Of a stretch of 64,000 bases of DNA, positions 37,372 to 51,114 are shown one piece after another. The position numbers and the translations under genes were made by a program. The notes beneath the pieces were generated by a model that had not been told where the DNA came from, did not search any database, and was given only the letters and a program-made list of their open reading frames with translations. Origin of the DNA: Octopus bimaculoides (lineage: Eukaryota); contig NC_068989.1 in the NCBI RefSeq assembly GCF_001194135.2, positions 85,335,539 to 85,399,538 on the forward strand, read 5' to 3'. The first letter of the stretch is position 1. Each line of letters begins with the position of its first letter.

Positions 37372-37752
37372 GGCGCAGGAGTGGCTGTGTGGTAAGTAGC
37401 TTGCTTACCAACCACATGGTTTTGGGTTCAGTCCCACTGCGTGGTACCCTGGGCAAGTGTCTTCTACTATAGCCTCGGGCCGACCAAAGCCTTATGAGTG
37501 GATTTGGTTGACAGAAACTGAAAGAAGCCCATCGTATATATATATGTATATGTTTGTGTGTCTGTGTTTGTCCCCCCAACATCGCTTGACAACCGATGCT
37601 GGTATGTTTATGTCCCCGTAACCTAGCGGTTTGGCAAGAGAGACTGATAGAATAAGTACTAGGCTTACAAAGAATAAGTCCTGAGGTTGATTTGCTCGAC
37701 TAAAGGCGGTGCTCCAGCATGGCTGCAGTCAAATGACTGAAACAAATAAAAT
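37372..37752 (+). mobile_element. SINE family A (tRNA-like head, CORE-like domain, central (TA)n), near full-length; other copies at ~2763, 3211-3782, 12298, 17920-18372, 20625, 25722-26110, 39655-40020, 40707-41325, 42600-42912, 63105-63497
   Basis: Conserved gtggctgtgtggtaag...ttgggcaagtgtcttctactatagc...gactaaaggcggtgctccagcatggc in many copies and both orientations. Confidence 0.85.
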
Positions 37753-38514
37753 GAAAAAAAATTTTTTTAATACTGGAAGGAAAACTACAAAGTAGATATT
37801 GAGAACTGTGCCTACAGGAAGTAAGTAGTTCAGGTCTTTTATTTGATGTGAAATAAAATGAAAAGTTTCTTGCTTAGACACAACTTATTGGTTTGAACAA
37901 TAAAAACTAAGGTAGGTGCAAATTGTTTCACATATCTTGTGATTTCTTGGATTATTTCCTTCTCCTTCCAACCAACAAATTCCATCTTGTCCTCCTTCCA
38001 TTCCCTTTTATTATTTTTTTTTTGTACAATTAGCTCTTATTGCTCTGATGACATTATCCAATCGAAGTTAGTCTTGATGTTCAAACATTTAGAATCTCTT
38101 CTGTTTAACATTTAACCATGTCTTATATTCCAGTCTTCATTCTCACACAAAGATCAAAAGCAAGGAACTCAGTAGTTATGATTTGTGAAGTTTCAGCTTC
38201 CAATAATCACATTTATATATATAATATGATTGTATGTATACGTACATATAATGTGTGTGTGTGTGTGTATATAATTATATATATATATATGTGTGTGTGT
38301 GTATATAAATATGTAATATGAATGTGTGTGTATTTATATTTATATATATAATATGAATGTGTGTGTATATATATATGTAGATGCACATGCAATCAAAAAC
38401 TTATTTTCAAATGGTTATTGTTCTCAGAATTAGTGGGTCTCAAACCATTTGAAATGAACTCACAGCTGGTTAGGGTTAATAAAAGCTTCATCCAAAAGTG
38501 ATCCCAATAAGCAG

Positions 38515-38551
<37 letters not shown>

Positions 38552-41500
38552 GTGTACAAGTTAATTCAGGGGGGAAAAACTTATCCTCTTGTGGTATTTA
38601 AAGACAAAAAGTAAAATGTGTTAGTGTGTTCTTGGTGAAACCAGTCAAGCACTTCCAGCTGTTTGTTGGCCAAGTTAGCCCTGTAGTTTCACCTCTCCAT
38701 TGGTCAAGCTAGCTTTATAGTTCCAGGTGTTTGTTGGTCAAGCTAGCCATGTGGTTCCTATTGTTGTTTGTCAAGCTGGTCATGTAGTTCTTGTTCACAT
38801 AAGAGTTTCCATGGAAACAATGTCGGGAATTCCGTGGTCTAGGCTTTTGACCTAGTGGTGTTTTATTGTATATATATTATTTACATCTTAAGAATTTAGA
38901 AACATTGAGACATAAATTCGTTTTTAACAGTGAAACTCAAAGAAAATAAAGCAATGAATAAAATCATGCAAATACTGGTTTTAAAAAACCCCATTGATAG
39001 AAAACGTTGAAGGCTGCCCATAGGACACGAATCCATATCTTCTGTAACTATAAAAGACGTTCTAGCTATGGGCAGCCTTCAGTTTTTTCTCTTCAAGAGC
39101 ATTTTTAATCCAATATTTGCATGCTATTTATCAGCTTTCAGTTCCACTGTTCAAAACAAATATATGTAGTATCTCCATCTGTGTGTATGTGGTTGCTTGT
39201 TAATATTAGGATCTTTTACAGTATAGCTTAATCATTGAGTTTTCCCCATCAGAAACTAGAAACCTGTTCCAGTTTGCATAACTCAACCATTGTTTTACGG
39301 TTAACATGAGGCTGTTTATATTCAGGTCTCTCATTCAATAACTTGTCACCATAATAGAAACAAACAAAAGATGTTTTGATTTTCATATCCAAATTCAGCA
39401 TTCAGTATTTGCTTTTTTTTTCTCTTTTTCTTCTGTTTTAAAATTCTTTTTTTCTTTTTACATAGTATTTCTAAATAAAAACAGGGGGAAATAAAACGAA
39501 TTTCCCCTAGATCTTTTATCCAAACTGTTGTTGTCTGTGTTTTTATTGACTTCATAATTACATTTTTGGTTTGGTTTACTTTTAGCCCAAATATTAAACC
39601 ATTGTGGCTGTAAGAATGGTTAAGACTGAGGTGTTTGTTGGAATCTAGTCTTTCATCTTTTACTTGTTGCAGCCATGCTGGGGCACAGCCTTGAATTTTT
39701 AGTTGAATGGACACCAGTGCTTATTTTTTTAAAGCCTGGTCCTTGTTCTATTGGTCTGTTTTGCCAAACTAAGTTACAAGTATGTAAACACACCAACACT
39801 GTGGTGGTAGGGGACAGACACAAGCACACACTATATATATATATATATATATATATACCATGGGCTTCTTTTAGTTTCTGTCTACCAAATACACTCACAA
39901 GGCTTTGGTCAGCCTGAGGCTGTAGCAGAGGACACTTGCCCAAGGTGACATGCAGTGGGATTCAACCAAGAACCATGTGCTTGAGAAGCAAGCTTCTTGC
40001 CACCTAGCCATGCCTACACCTGAATAAAATGCTGTGGAGATGCCAGGGATTGAACCCGTGACATTTGGTAGTCTTAGTAATGACTGAACTAGTTGTATGG
40101 ATAGTGAAGTGACTAAAAACAGAGAGGTAATATTTCACTATGGATCTTTCAAAACCTACAGATGTTAATTTTGCGCTTCATCTTTCTCCTCTCAATCTCT
40201 TCTATGTTCATGAAAGGATGTCCACAATGTAAGATATAGTGACCGATGGTGAAAGTGGAGTGTTTAGTGTATGTGTCTTACATTGTGGACAACCTTCCTT
40301 GAATATAGAAGGGGTTGAGAGGAGGAAGAGGAAGGTGTGGCATGGTCAGTCATTTCACTAACCCTCTCAGACCTGGACCCGTGGTTAACTTGACCCTCCA
40401 CCTGGCTCCTGAGCAAGGAAATAAATAGTTGTATACACGGCTCAGGAGTAACAATTTCAGGTAAACTAATGAACAGAATCAAAAAAATAAAAAATCGGGT
40501 GACTAGGCCTGTCTTCTAACAACTGTATTTGTTCCCTTGAATTACTATTTTCCTCATCACTCTCACCAGTTTGATTGCTTGTCTAAGGGTAAACTTGTTG
40601 AAATTGTTGCTTACTCTCATCTGAAGAATAAATACCAACAATTTTCTCTATTGTGAAGGGTCTAGTCCATGCTTGTTTACCAGATGAAATGCTGGGTTCA
40701 TCACATACTCTTTACTCTTTTACTTGTTTCAGTCATTTGATTGTGGCCATGCTGGAGCACCGCCTTTAGTCGAGCAAATCGACCCCAGTACTTATTCTAT
40801 CGGTCTCTTTTGCCGAACCGCTAAGTTACGGGGACGTAAACACACCAGCATTGGTTGTCAAGCGATGTTGGGGGGACAAACACAGACACACAAACACACA
40901 TATATATATATACAACGGGCTTCTTTCAGTTTCCGTCTACCAAATCCACTCACAAGGCTTTGGTCGGCCCGATGCTATAGTAGAAGACACTTGCCCAAGG
41001 TGCCACACAGTNNNNNNNNNNTAGTCGAGCAAATCGACCCCAGTACTTATTCTATCGGTCTCTTTTGCCGAACCGCTAAGTTACGGGGACGTAAACACAC
41101 CAGCATTGGTTGTCAAGCGATGTTGGGGGGACAAACACAGACACACAAACACACATATATATATATACAACGGGCTTCTTTCAGTTTCCGTCTACCAAAT
41201 CCACTCACAAGGCTTTGGTCGGCCCGATGCTATAGTAGAAGACACTTGCCCAAGGTGCCACACAGTGGGACTGAACCCGGAACCATGTGGTTGGTAAGCA
41301 AGCTACTTACCACACAGCCACTCCCATGCTCATTTCATTACAAAAATGTTTTTGTTTTCAATTAAAAAGAGAAGTAACAGCTATGGACAATGAACCATAA
41401 ACACACTCAACTATAAAACTGCAACATCATCATTTGCCTTTTTAAATTTTTTTCTTTTTAACATTTTATCTTCTTTTTCTGCATGTTCATTACTGCTTTA

Positions 41501-43092
41501 ACAAGAATCCAGTACAGATTATGTTTAAGCTATTTCCACTATAGTAGTAACATGGCACAATAGTGTTAAAATTCCCTTGTAGCTGTGGATTGACAACCCT
41601 TCCTGAAACCATTTCTTGTTCCACTTTGCAAAATATCACGTTTAAAGTTTTCCTATTTAAGTTTAAAACTTCCAAAAGTTATTATTTCAAACCAGTTTAA
41701 AAATCAAAATTATGTATAATACATTAAAAGTCAGTTTAAATCTTGCTTGCTTGCTTGCAATGTTACTCAGCCAAACTGGAGCATAATGGGAAAATACTAT
41801 TAATTTTTCCCACCACCCTGAAATGTTAATACGAACAAAATGAAACAAGTTTCACGTAAATCAGAGCAGTAGATATTGAGGTATTTGGGGGTATAAATAC
41901 CCAAAACGGTGCATAATGGAAAAATGTTCTGAATTTAACTCCATCCCAAAAGGGAAGAAACTCTAACCTTTCAATGTCACATTCATTGAAAGCATGCAAA
42001 ATAACCTGGAAAAGAAAAAACTCCATTGCTGGGAAACTTGGAGTTTCCCAGTGATCCAACAGGTCACGGATAGTCTAGTTTTATATAATAATTGGTGGAT
42101 TGGCAGAACCAAATTTGGTCAAGCTCTCTACATTCTGAGTTGAAATCCTGATGAGGGCAACCTGTCCAAATAAAGTACCAATCAAATACTCTGTTTTATG
42201 GGAAACAATAAACACAATTTTATGGGCTTGTACCTATTTAAGAAATAAAATTTAATCCTTCCAAACACTTTTTAAACTAAATTGAAACACNNNNNNNNNN
42301 NNNNNNNNNNNNNNNNNNNNNNNNNNNNNNNNNNNNNNNNNNNNNNNNNNNNNNNNNNNNNNNNNNNNNNNNNNNNNNNNNNNNNNNNNNNNNNNNNNNN
42401 NNNNNNNNNNNNNNNNNNNNNNNNNNNNNNNNNNNNNNNNNNNNNNNNNNNNNNNNNNNNNNNNNNNNNNNNNNNNNNNNNNNNNNNNNNNNNNNNNNNN
42501 NNNNNNNTATTGACTTAAAATTTGATGACTTTCCTTTAATTCCAAACATCATTATTGTGATTAATTTCTTTATCTTCTATTTTTTACAACCATTAAGACT
42601 GTAGTCAGGTTGTGGCACCGCCTTCAAGAATCTTTTATTTTTGCAGATGAATCAGCCCCCCCCCCCAGCACTTTTATTAAACCTGGTACTTACTCTATCC
42701 ATCCCTTTTGCTGAACTGCTAAGTTACATGGACATAAACACACTGACACACACACACACATGGTGGGCTTGTTTCAGTTTCTGTCTACCACTCACAAGGC
42801 TTTGGTTGGCTCAAGACTATAGTAGAAGACAACTGCCCAAGGTGCCATGCAGTGGGACTGAACCTGGAGCCATGTGGTTGGGAAGAAAGCTTCTTACCAC
42901 GTAGCCACTCTCCTTCAAATCACATCCTACCATCTTTAAAAAGAAAAAAGAGGGACATCAGATAATAAAGTTTGAGATGACATATCTAGAAAAGAGAAAA
43001 AATACTGGATAGTCATGTCCAGTGGCTCTGATCAGGGCCAACCTGGGTTTAAATAACAATTTGCTAACACTGAAAAACACATAATTTGATTA

Positions 43093-43130
<38 letters not shown>

Positions 43131-43154
43131 GGNNNNNNNNNNATAATTTGATTA

Positions 43155-43192
<38 letters not shown>

Positions 43193-43518
43193 GGGCGTGG
43201 CTGTGTGGCAAAAGAGATCGATAGAATAAGTACTAGGCTTTAAAAAATAAGTCCTGTGGTCAATTTGTTTGACTAAAACCCTTCAAGGTGGTGCCCCAGC
43301 ATGGCCACAATCAAGTAAAAGATAAAAGGTACTCCTATTTTGAGTTCTATTTTTCCCTTTTTGTATCATCAAACCTGTGGTTTATAAATATGTATACAAA
43401 TTCCAAACTGTTCAAATCTGTATTTATGTGTTTGTGTGTATTATGTATGTCTTGCACATCATGATAAAACCCTCTGTTTTTTTTTTTTTTTCTTTTTCAG
43501 ATATTTAAATAAATTAAA

Positions 43519-44519
43519 ATGCTTGTTCCATTTGATTTCCAAATAGGACAAATTATTGGAACACGAATGGCTGGAGCTTCAGTCACTGAAACTGCTGGAA
43601 TTGTTTGAGAGGTCAGAGTCTCTAAAATAACAATGGCATTCCACGCCCAAGGAACAAAAACTGCCTCTGGCCAGTGCAATTCAGGATGGAACACAAAAGC
43701 TCACAGAGGGACCACAGAATAGTGAAATGTATTGCCTTAAAACTATCAAACTACAGCAGTAAACGTGATAGCAGAGCTAAATTACCATCTCGTCAACTCC
43801 GTGTCAAGAAAACCCATTTGCTGTGAGCTCCATAAAGCTGGGTAATATTGGAGGCCTGGAATTGCTAAAGCTCACCTGTTCTGCATCATGTTGATGTTTG
43901 GTAGATGGAAAAAATGGTGTCTAAACTATCAGAAGTAGTCAATGGCTCAATGAAACAATGTCAGTTTCTCTGATGAATTGTCATTCACTCTTTTTCCCAA
44001 CTTCAAAGTAAGTTTATCTCTGGATACAGACCAAGAAAGCCTTTAACCTTAACTGGCTCCTTCTGTGAAATATGGAGGTGGCTCTGTTATGTTTTGGACA
44101 GCTATATCATGGAATTCTCTTGAGCTTTAACTCGGCAGAGTTAACTCCAAAGACTGTGTATTTTGGCAGATCATGTCCATCGTATGGTACAAACATTGTT
44201 CCTTGACAGCAGTAAAATCTTCCAGGACAATAATGTGCCAATTCACATAAATAATGTTATTCAAAATTGATATAAAGAGTACAATAGTGAAGTAGACCAC
44301 TTGGATTGGATCCCACAACCACCAGATCTCAATATGGGTCTTTTGGAGCAGCAAGTGAGGAGCTGCTTCCCTTTGCCATTCTCACTGTTACAGCTGAAGC
44401 AGGTTTTAATTGAAGAATGTCTCAAAATTCCCCTGACAACTATTCAGAAGCTGATTGAGTCAATTCTTCAACATATTAAAATTGTGATTGATACCAAAGG
44501 TGGACTAACCCTATATTAA
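43519..44519 (+). pseudogene. Tc1-like (DD34E) transposase pseudogene
   Basis: MLVPFDFQIGQIIGTRMAGASVTETA..., FSDELSFTLFP, FQDNNVPIH, WIPQPPDLN...KGGLTLY*. Multiple stops and frameshifts, and the catalytic-Glu segment is deleted. Confidence 0.85.
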
Positions 44520-44763
44520 GTGAGGATTTCAAATTTTGGCTCAAGGTCACCAGTTTCGACGCCAGCACTTGATTGGTACTTTATTTCATCGATCCTGAGA
44601 AGATGAAAGGCAAAGTTGATCTCAGTATTAAATAATAAAACTTACATTTAACAAGCTGTTTCCATTATTTTGTCCCTAAATGCATGTGTATATACACATG
44701 CATACATAAACACACACATGTGTGTGAATGTGTGTAGCTACTCCCATCAACTCAATAGTTCAT

Positions 44764-44797
<34 letters not shown>

Positions 44798-44882
44798 TTA
44801 TTAATAAGGGTAGAAATTCATATTAATCAATTAAAACCAGTGGTCTAGCATATTAAAAAAATCCAAAGATTAAAATTATATT

Positions 44883-45056
44883 ACATACAAAAATAAGAGG
44901 AATGACCAGCAAAAGTGGACTCCTATATGCTAGAAATAGATGCCGAATCATCTAACCACGAAATGAGAACATATTTTTTGTGGTTAGATGATTTGGCATC
45001 TATTTCTAGCATATAGGAGTCCACTTTTGCTGGTCATTCCTCTTATTTTTGTGTGT
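44883..45056. repeat. Hairpin element with arms of about 80 bp, between (TA)n tracts
   Basis: aaaataagaggaatgaccagc...tctaaccac pairs with gtggttaga...gctggtcattcctcttatttt. Confidence 0.8.
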
Positions 45057-46141
45057 GTATATATATATATATATATTTGTGTGGATGAGTGGATAGACAG
45101 ATAGATAAACACAGGCACACACCTGCATTAACAATACTGTCCCATTTCAGTGCCTGGAATTACTTTATTAGATCTCTTTAGAAAGTTTCAAAATCTCTGT
45201 CTTAAACGGGGCCCCTTAATGGGTCCTACATAATGTGAGATCGAGATGCAAAAGGTTTTAGTTGAAGATTACACCTTGTTTAATTTGGAAACAGCATCAA
45301 ACTAGCCATTAGTGACACAAGTATCTTACTGGTATGTTGTACAGGATAGACGTGTGTTTTGTCTATGCATGAACTCAGCTCTGTGTGTGTGAAAGAGAGG
45401 GAGAGAGAGAGAAATAAAGATGAAGAGACACAGATACCCTGAAAAAGTCAAATGGTCAGTAATGCACACACCTACTAACAAGTTACATAAAAAAAGTCAC
45501 CAAGATAATCAGCTTTGTTTAGATAGAGAGCTGACCTTTGACACAGTAGGGGACAATGTGATTGTAGTGTTTTTTTAAATTTTTATTTTTCACCCAAATA
45601 GTTGCTCCCTAGAAATATTATATTTTGACATCAGTAAATATCACCCAATTTCAAAACAAAAAAAAAAAAATGAAACAAACAAAATAAAGACAACAAGGAC
45701 AAATATTACACACAATAATAATAAGAATAATATTAATAATAATAATAATAATGATAATAAAATTAAAATAATATACTTTACATTTGAGGTGGGAACAGCC
45801 ACTTGTAGAATTTTAACATTTTAAAAAGGCTTTAAAAAAGGTGGGAGAGGTGAATAAGCTAGGATTTGAACCTAGATTCAGAACTTTCAGAATTATTTTT
45901 GTTTCTTTTTTCTTCACCAATTTAAAACAGTTTTTTAAAATTGTCTTATTTTTGTTTACTTTAGTTGGTTGGTTTCAATCTTCCTTTTANNNNNNNNNNN
46001 NNNNNNNNNNNNNNNNNNNNNNNNNNNNNNNNNNNNNNNNNNNNNNNNNNNNNNNNNNNNNNNNNNNNNNNNNNNNNNNNNNNNNNNNNNNNNNNNNNNN
46101 NNNNNNNNNNNNNNNNNNNNNNNNNNNNNNNNNNNNNNNNN

Positions 46142-46175
<34 letters not shown>

Positions 46176-47994
46176 GTGTGTGTATGTATGTACATTGAAT
46201 ATGTGAAGGAGTGCAAGACCATGTATGTGTATGTATATATATATTTATATACACACACATACACACACATATATATATACCTGTCTGAACATGATGTGTT
46301 AAATTGACAAAGACCTCTGTTTACAGCGGACAGGGGTGAACACAGACCCCTGTCTTGTGATTAAAGGGGATCAGAAATGTCAAGATCTATGCTCGGAAGG
46401 ACAAAGCAGCAACAACTTTGATCTGCCATCCTCTCAACCCAGTTTTCAGCCATAGCAAAGGAGTATACAATAAATACATAAATATAAATATAACCTTTTT
46501 TTTTTCACCTATAGGAAACGAGAGCAGGTGGTGAGAGGAGTACGGCAATGCTGGGTGGTGTCATTGTGTCCTTCGGAGCGCCTCAGTCAGAACAGATATA
46601 TAAAAACAATTTAAGAAATAATAATATTAATAATAACAATATTAATAATAATAATTCAGTGTGGAGTGTATAAACCAGAGTACTCAGATGTAAGCATGTG
46701 TTTACGTATATATACTCACATACAAGCTCATAAATTAACACACACATGCATACATACATACATATAAATATATATATGTATATACATACCTATATATGCA
46801 CATATGTACATTTATATATAAATATATTATAATGCATATGTCTACAGCAATAAACATTACACACACATATATACACGCATGTGTTCACACATTAAAAGGA
46901 TGATTGCAGAAAGGTGACCACACCAGTTGTCCTGCAGATAACTAAAGTGATTCAAGCAGTACCTGGAAAAAAAAAAACCGGGGGTATGATAGGGAGTGAG
47001 TTGAGCAAGAGGAGAAGAGGGAGGAGGGTAAAAAGATATTATCACCATCATCACCATCATCAATCTGGAGATGTATATTTTTCCTTCTATTTTGGTAAAA
47101 ATAAAAAGAACAAAAAATATAAACCAAAAATACACAGAAAAATCCTTTTTTTTTCTTTGTATTCCACAATTCCACACGTAGCTCCCATTGAAAATGCCTG
47201 TTAAGGGGTCAATTTTTTGTGGGAGGAACAGCAAGATCCATGCTTGTTACAGCTGCTGCCATCATTACCACCACCACCACCATCACTGCTGCCGCCAAGC
47301 CTAGACAAACAGCAACGCCACCAAAAGAAACGGTAGCATTGCCGAAGAGATTGGCGGCATTACCGATGATGATGAGGACATCGGTATGGTGGTACCAATG
47401 ACGTCTCCGGTGATGACTGGGGGCTTGCGTGGAGATGAAAAACAAAAAAAAGGAGAAAACGGTCATCAGGCAACGGACAACGAAAAGAGCAGATGTGCAC
47501 TGAGGCTGGTAATAGGATTGGGTTGCAAATGCCATGCTGCTAACAATTCTCCGGATTCTTCATTCGGTCCTTTTGTGGGAGAAGGCTGGGAGTGTTGGGG
47601 GAAAAAAAAAAAATTTTTTTAAGGTTTCATTGGTGGGGTAGGTGTTCTCCCNNNNNNNNNNNNNNNNNNNNNNNNNNNNNNNNNNNNNNNNNNNNNNNNN
47701 NNNNNNNNNNNNNNNNNNNNNNNNNNNNNNNNNNNNNNNNNNNNNNNNNNNNNNNNNNNNNNNNNNNNNNNNNNNNNNNNNNNNNNNNNNNNNNNNNNNN
47801 NNNNNNNNNNNNNNNNNNNNNNNNNNNNNNNNNNNNNNNNNNNNNNNNNNNNNNNNNNNNNNNNNNNNNNNNNNNNNNNNNNNNNNNNNNNNNNNNNNNN
47901 NNNNNNNNNNNNNNNNNNNNNNNNNNNNNNNNNNNNNNNNNNNNNNNNNNNNNNNNNNNNNNNNNNNNNNNNNNNNNNNNNNNNNNNNNNNNNN

Positions 47995-48034
47995 GGTTAC
48001 GTAGTTCTTCAATCTGACTTTGGGCTTCTCGCAA
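47995..48034 (-). CDS. LRRFIP2: LRRFIP-family last or near-last coding exon (partial, runs into N-gap)
   Basis: Acceptor ttttcag|, encodes LREAQSQIEELRN and then enters gap 47652-47994. Stop codon not visible. Confidence 0.85.
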
Positions 48035-48098
48035 CTGAAAATACACAACAACATAGATATATATAAACATACATATAGTGACTTAGATATAGTGCCCC

Positions 48099-48336
48099 TG
48101 GACTGGCTTGTGCGGGTGGCACATAAAAGACACCATTTCGAGCGTGGCCGTTTTCGTGTGGGTGACACGTAAAAGCACCCACTACACTCTGAGTGGTTGG
48201 CGTTAGGAAGGGCATCCAGCTGTAGAAACTCTGCCAAATCAGACTGGAGCCTGGTGTTGCCATCCGGTTTCACCAGTCCTCAGTCAAATCGTCCAACCCA
48301 TGCTAGCATGGAAAGCGGACGTTAAACGATGATGAT
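48099..48336 (+). mobile_element. SINE-like family C with (ATG)n tail; at least 14 copies (e.g. 4340, 13730, 15855, 19787, 20190, 23030, 24853-25309, 26617, 29128, 48783, 62074)
   Basis: Conserved gagtggttggcgttaggaagggcatccagctgtagaaac...gaaagcggacgttaaacgatgatg. Confidence 0.85.
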
Positions 48337-48472
48337 ACACAGGATTTAATGAATAAACTCGTTTAAATTGCCAAAAAAAAAATGAAAATAACATTGACAT
48401 CTCATTTTAACAGATATATTTACCAAAATAACATAAAAACATCTTGAAATACTAAAGAGTAAATTTATTCAA

Positions 48473-48782
48473 TTAAATCGCCATTGGCTTCAATATGGCC
48501 TCTAAACGACTTTGGAATCTCCAGCTCTTCTGGACGGTCTCCGTGTTTAACTTGGTGAATGCTGCCATAATCCTTGCCTTCAGTTCATTTTTGGTGTTAC
48601 AAGGAGTTTTGTTGGTGTCTCGCTCAACTGCGCCCCAAACATAACAATGAAGGGAATTGCAGTCTGGGGAGTTAGGTGGCCAGATGTTAGGGGTGATGTG
48701 GTTGCAGAAATTGTGTGACAGCCATGACTGGGTTCTCCTGCTTGTGTGACATGGTGCAGAGTCCTGTCGCCAGACATAGGGT
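48473..48782 (-). pseudogene. Tc1/mariner (maT/DD37D-like) transposase C-terminal remnant in an LRRFIP intron
   Basis: PYVWRQDSAPCHTSRRTQSWL...IWPPNSPDCNSLHCYVWGAVERDTNKTPCNTKNELKARI. Truncated at its 5' side by a SINE at about 48783. Confidence 0.8.
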
Positions 48783-49494
48783 CTCTCGGAGTGGTTGGCA
48801 TTAGGAAGGGCATCCAGCTGTAGAAACTCAGCCAAATCAGGTTGGAGCCTGGTGTAGCCATCTGGTTCACCAGTCTTCAGTCAAATCGTCCAACCCATGC
48901 TAGCATGGAAAGCGGACGTTAAACGATGATGATGATGATAGTTAAAACACAGTTGTTATAGAAACAAGGTGGTGGTGTTATGATGGTTGTGTGGCCAAGA
49001 TACTGTAAAAGACGTAGCTGTAAGCTGTAGAAGTGCGACACCACAGCCGCTGGACAGAGGTCATCGCAATAGTAGAATGACAGAGGGAGCCACCATAGCA
49101 GTGTGATAGAGGTAGCCACAATGACAGTGTGACAGTGATAGCCACAAATAAAAGGTTTCAGGTCCAATGCGAGCGGCAGCCACAAGTGAAGTGGGAGTTG
49201 TTTAACCCTAGGTCAACCCAGATCAAAAGTATTCCTGTTTTGATCATACCATCTTTTTTTCCTGTACCCAAGAATGTGTTATCTGTGTCCTTTTTTTTAA
49301 GATGGCAAAGTGTAATTTAAAAGAGATTGGCTGCTATTTCTAGAAGGTTGAATAGCCACTTGGAGGCTCCCGTGTTGGCTGTGATAGGCCACAGATGCAG
49401 TGTTAGTAGTAGCTATAGGAAAGGTGAGGTGAGTGCAATGTCAGGTGTAGTGAAAAAAATGATTAGCCACAGGTGAAATGTCAGATATATTTAC

Positions 49495-49599
49495 CTCGCG
49501 TACTAGTTTCCTCTTTTCCTGCTTCAGTTCATCTTCCAACTTTTCAGAATCCTCTGCATCACTTTTATATCGTCTCACCTGAGAGTCAAGTCTGTTTAC
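49495..49599 (-). CDS. LRRFIP2: LRRFIP-family exon
   Basis: Acceptor ctttcag|, encodes VNRLDSQVRRYKSDAEDSEKLEDELKQEKRKLVRE (cf. [35 protein letters not shown]), donor |gtaaat. Confidence 0.92.
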
Positions 49600-51034
49600 C
49601 TGAAAGACAAATTATTACAGCATTAATTTCAAGTAACCCATTTAGAAATACAACAACTTAATCCTAATATAAGCTGCAACACACAAAGGCAGTGTTTAGC
49701 TATAAGACATAATTAATTCTAGTAGTCAGACATAACAAGACATAACTAATCCCAGTATTAAGCTACAAGACATAACTAATCCTTGTACTCAGCTGCAAGA
49801 AAATTAATTCCAGTGTCAAAAAAAACCTTACCTACAGATGTGTATGAAATAATCTTTAGGTTTTTAAGTCCACCAAATTCTCTAACATGGTTGGATATGT
49901 GGGAGTTCGAACCCCAACCACAAGATATTCAGTTAGGAATCACAAGTGAGTCCCCATAATTTCAAGTGTTTGATCTATAATTTGAGCAATCAGTATAAAG
50001 CTGTGACATAACATGGCTCCTTGGATGATCAAAAATTCACTCATTTTTCATCCTATAAAAACTGCTTGGCGCATAACTCAGCCAGACAGTTTCAGCAGAT
50101 GGCTTTGAGCATTCGGGCAGACCGCCTTAGGTACTCACAGAAGGCAGACTGCTAAGATCTGACCATGTTGGGCACTTAAACAGATCACCTCAAACAAAAA
50201 ATGCCTTCAAACACTCATGATGGACCACAGCACAGTTCCCTCCTGCTAGTCAGTGGTTATATTATATCCACATCTTTCTTTTATAAACAGCCAACACAGT
50301 AAATCATGTCCAGCAATAAATATGTTAAAATTTAAAAGTTTGTGAGTTGCTTTGTTTATCAAACATGCAACCGGCTAGACTACAATACAACACACTCTAA
50401 CAAGCAATCATGCAGCATTAGCGATAAGCATCTTTGTTATTTCTTTATTGCCCACAAGGGGCTAAACACAGAGGACAGACAAAGGGATTAAGTAGATTAC
50501 ATCGACCCAGTACGCAACTGGTACTTAATTTATCGACCCTGAAAGGATGAAAGGCAAAGTCGACCTCGGCAGAATTTGAACTCGGAACGTAACGGCAGAA
50601 GAAATACTGCTAAGCATTTCGCCCGGCGCAATAACATTTCTGCCAGCTCGCCGCCTTTTGTGATAAGCATCTTTGTGACAGGCCCTTACAACTGAGAAGT
50701 TAAGGTTTCTGTAGGTACCTTATAAAAATAACAGGATACAGTAGCGATAAGAGGATCACTTTACTGTTAAAGCATACAGCTTTTGATATTCAAAACTATA
50801 TTCCTAACCATGTCAGGACATACATTACTGTTTCTTGAACAGCAAAGACTTTAAGAATTCAGAACCTTTCATGTGATAGGTCACTAAAACCTTAAACATG
50901 ACAAACAAGTTTCCAGATGTAACAAGTACCCCACAAGCTACAGGTCACCAGCTGTGACAAATACCTGCACAGAACCACACAAACTGTAGGTCTTCAACTG
51001 AGACAAGGGCCCCACTGAAGCAAGCAATACTTAC

Positions 51035-51114
51035 TGATCCCTCCAATGTAGCAATGTCCTGTTCGGCTTTCTGTAGTTTTAGTTTGTATTCATGAATCTG
51101 TTTGCTAGCTTCTC
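51035..51114 (-). CDS. LRRFIP2: LRRFIP-family exon
   Basis: Acceptor ttcgcag|, encodes (R)EASKQIHEYKLKLQKAEQDIATLEGS (cf. [27 protein letters not shown]), donor |gtaagt. Confidence 0.92.

Noticed and set aside
38657-38795. Degenerate ~35-bp tandem repeat (also ~30-bp repeat at 49698-49815)
   Set aside because: Short, ordinary minisatellites with no associated feature.
40749-41280. Exact tandem duplication of about 260 bp of a SINE, and the 213-aa ORF 40724-41365
   Set aside because: Identical copies either side of a 10-N gap (41012-41021) are a typical contig-overlap artefact. The ORF is antisense SINE sequence.
43081-43192. Duplicated ~50-bp segment
   Set aside because: It flanks a 10-N gap (43133-43142), so it is a scaffolding artefact. 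The same applies at 55519-55528.
43968-43990. CTGATGA hits as hammerheads (also ~38045, 42148, 47463, 54805, 62354)
   Set aside because: They lack a proper stem II/GAAA/stem I context. The 43.97-kb hit is the Tc1 S-D-E codons, and the 42.15-kb hit is a SINE variant.
47209-47622. ORFs on both strands downstream of the last LRRFIP exon
   Set aside because: Low-complexity sequence with no family similarity. More likely LRRFIP 3'UTR.
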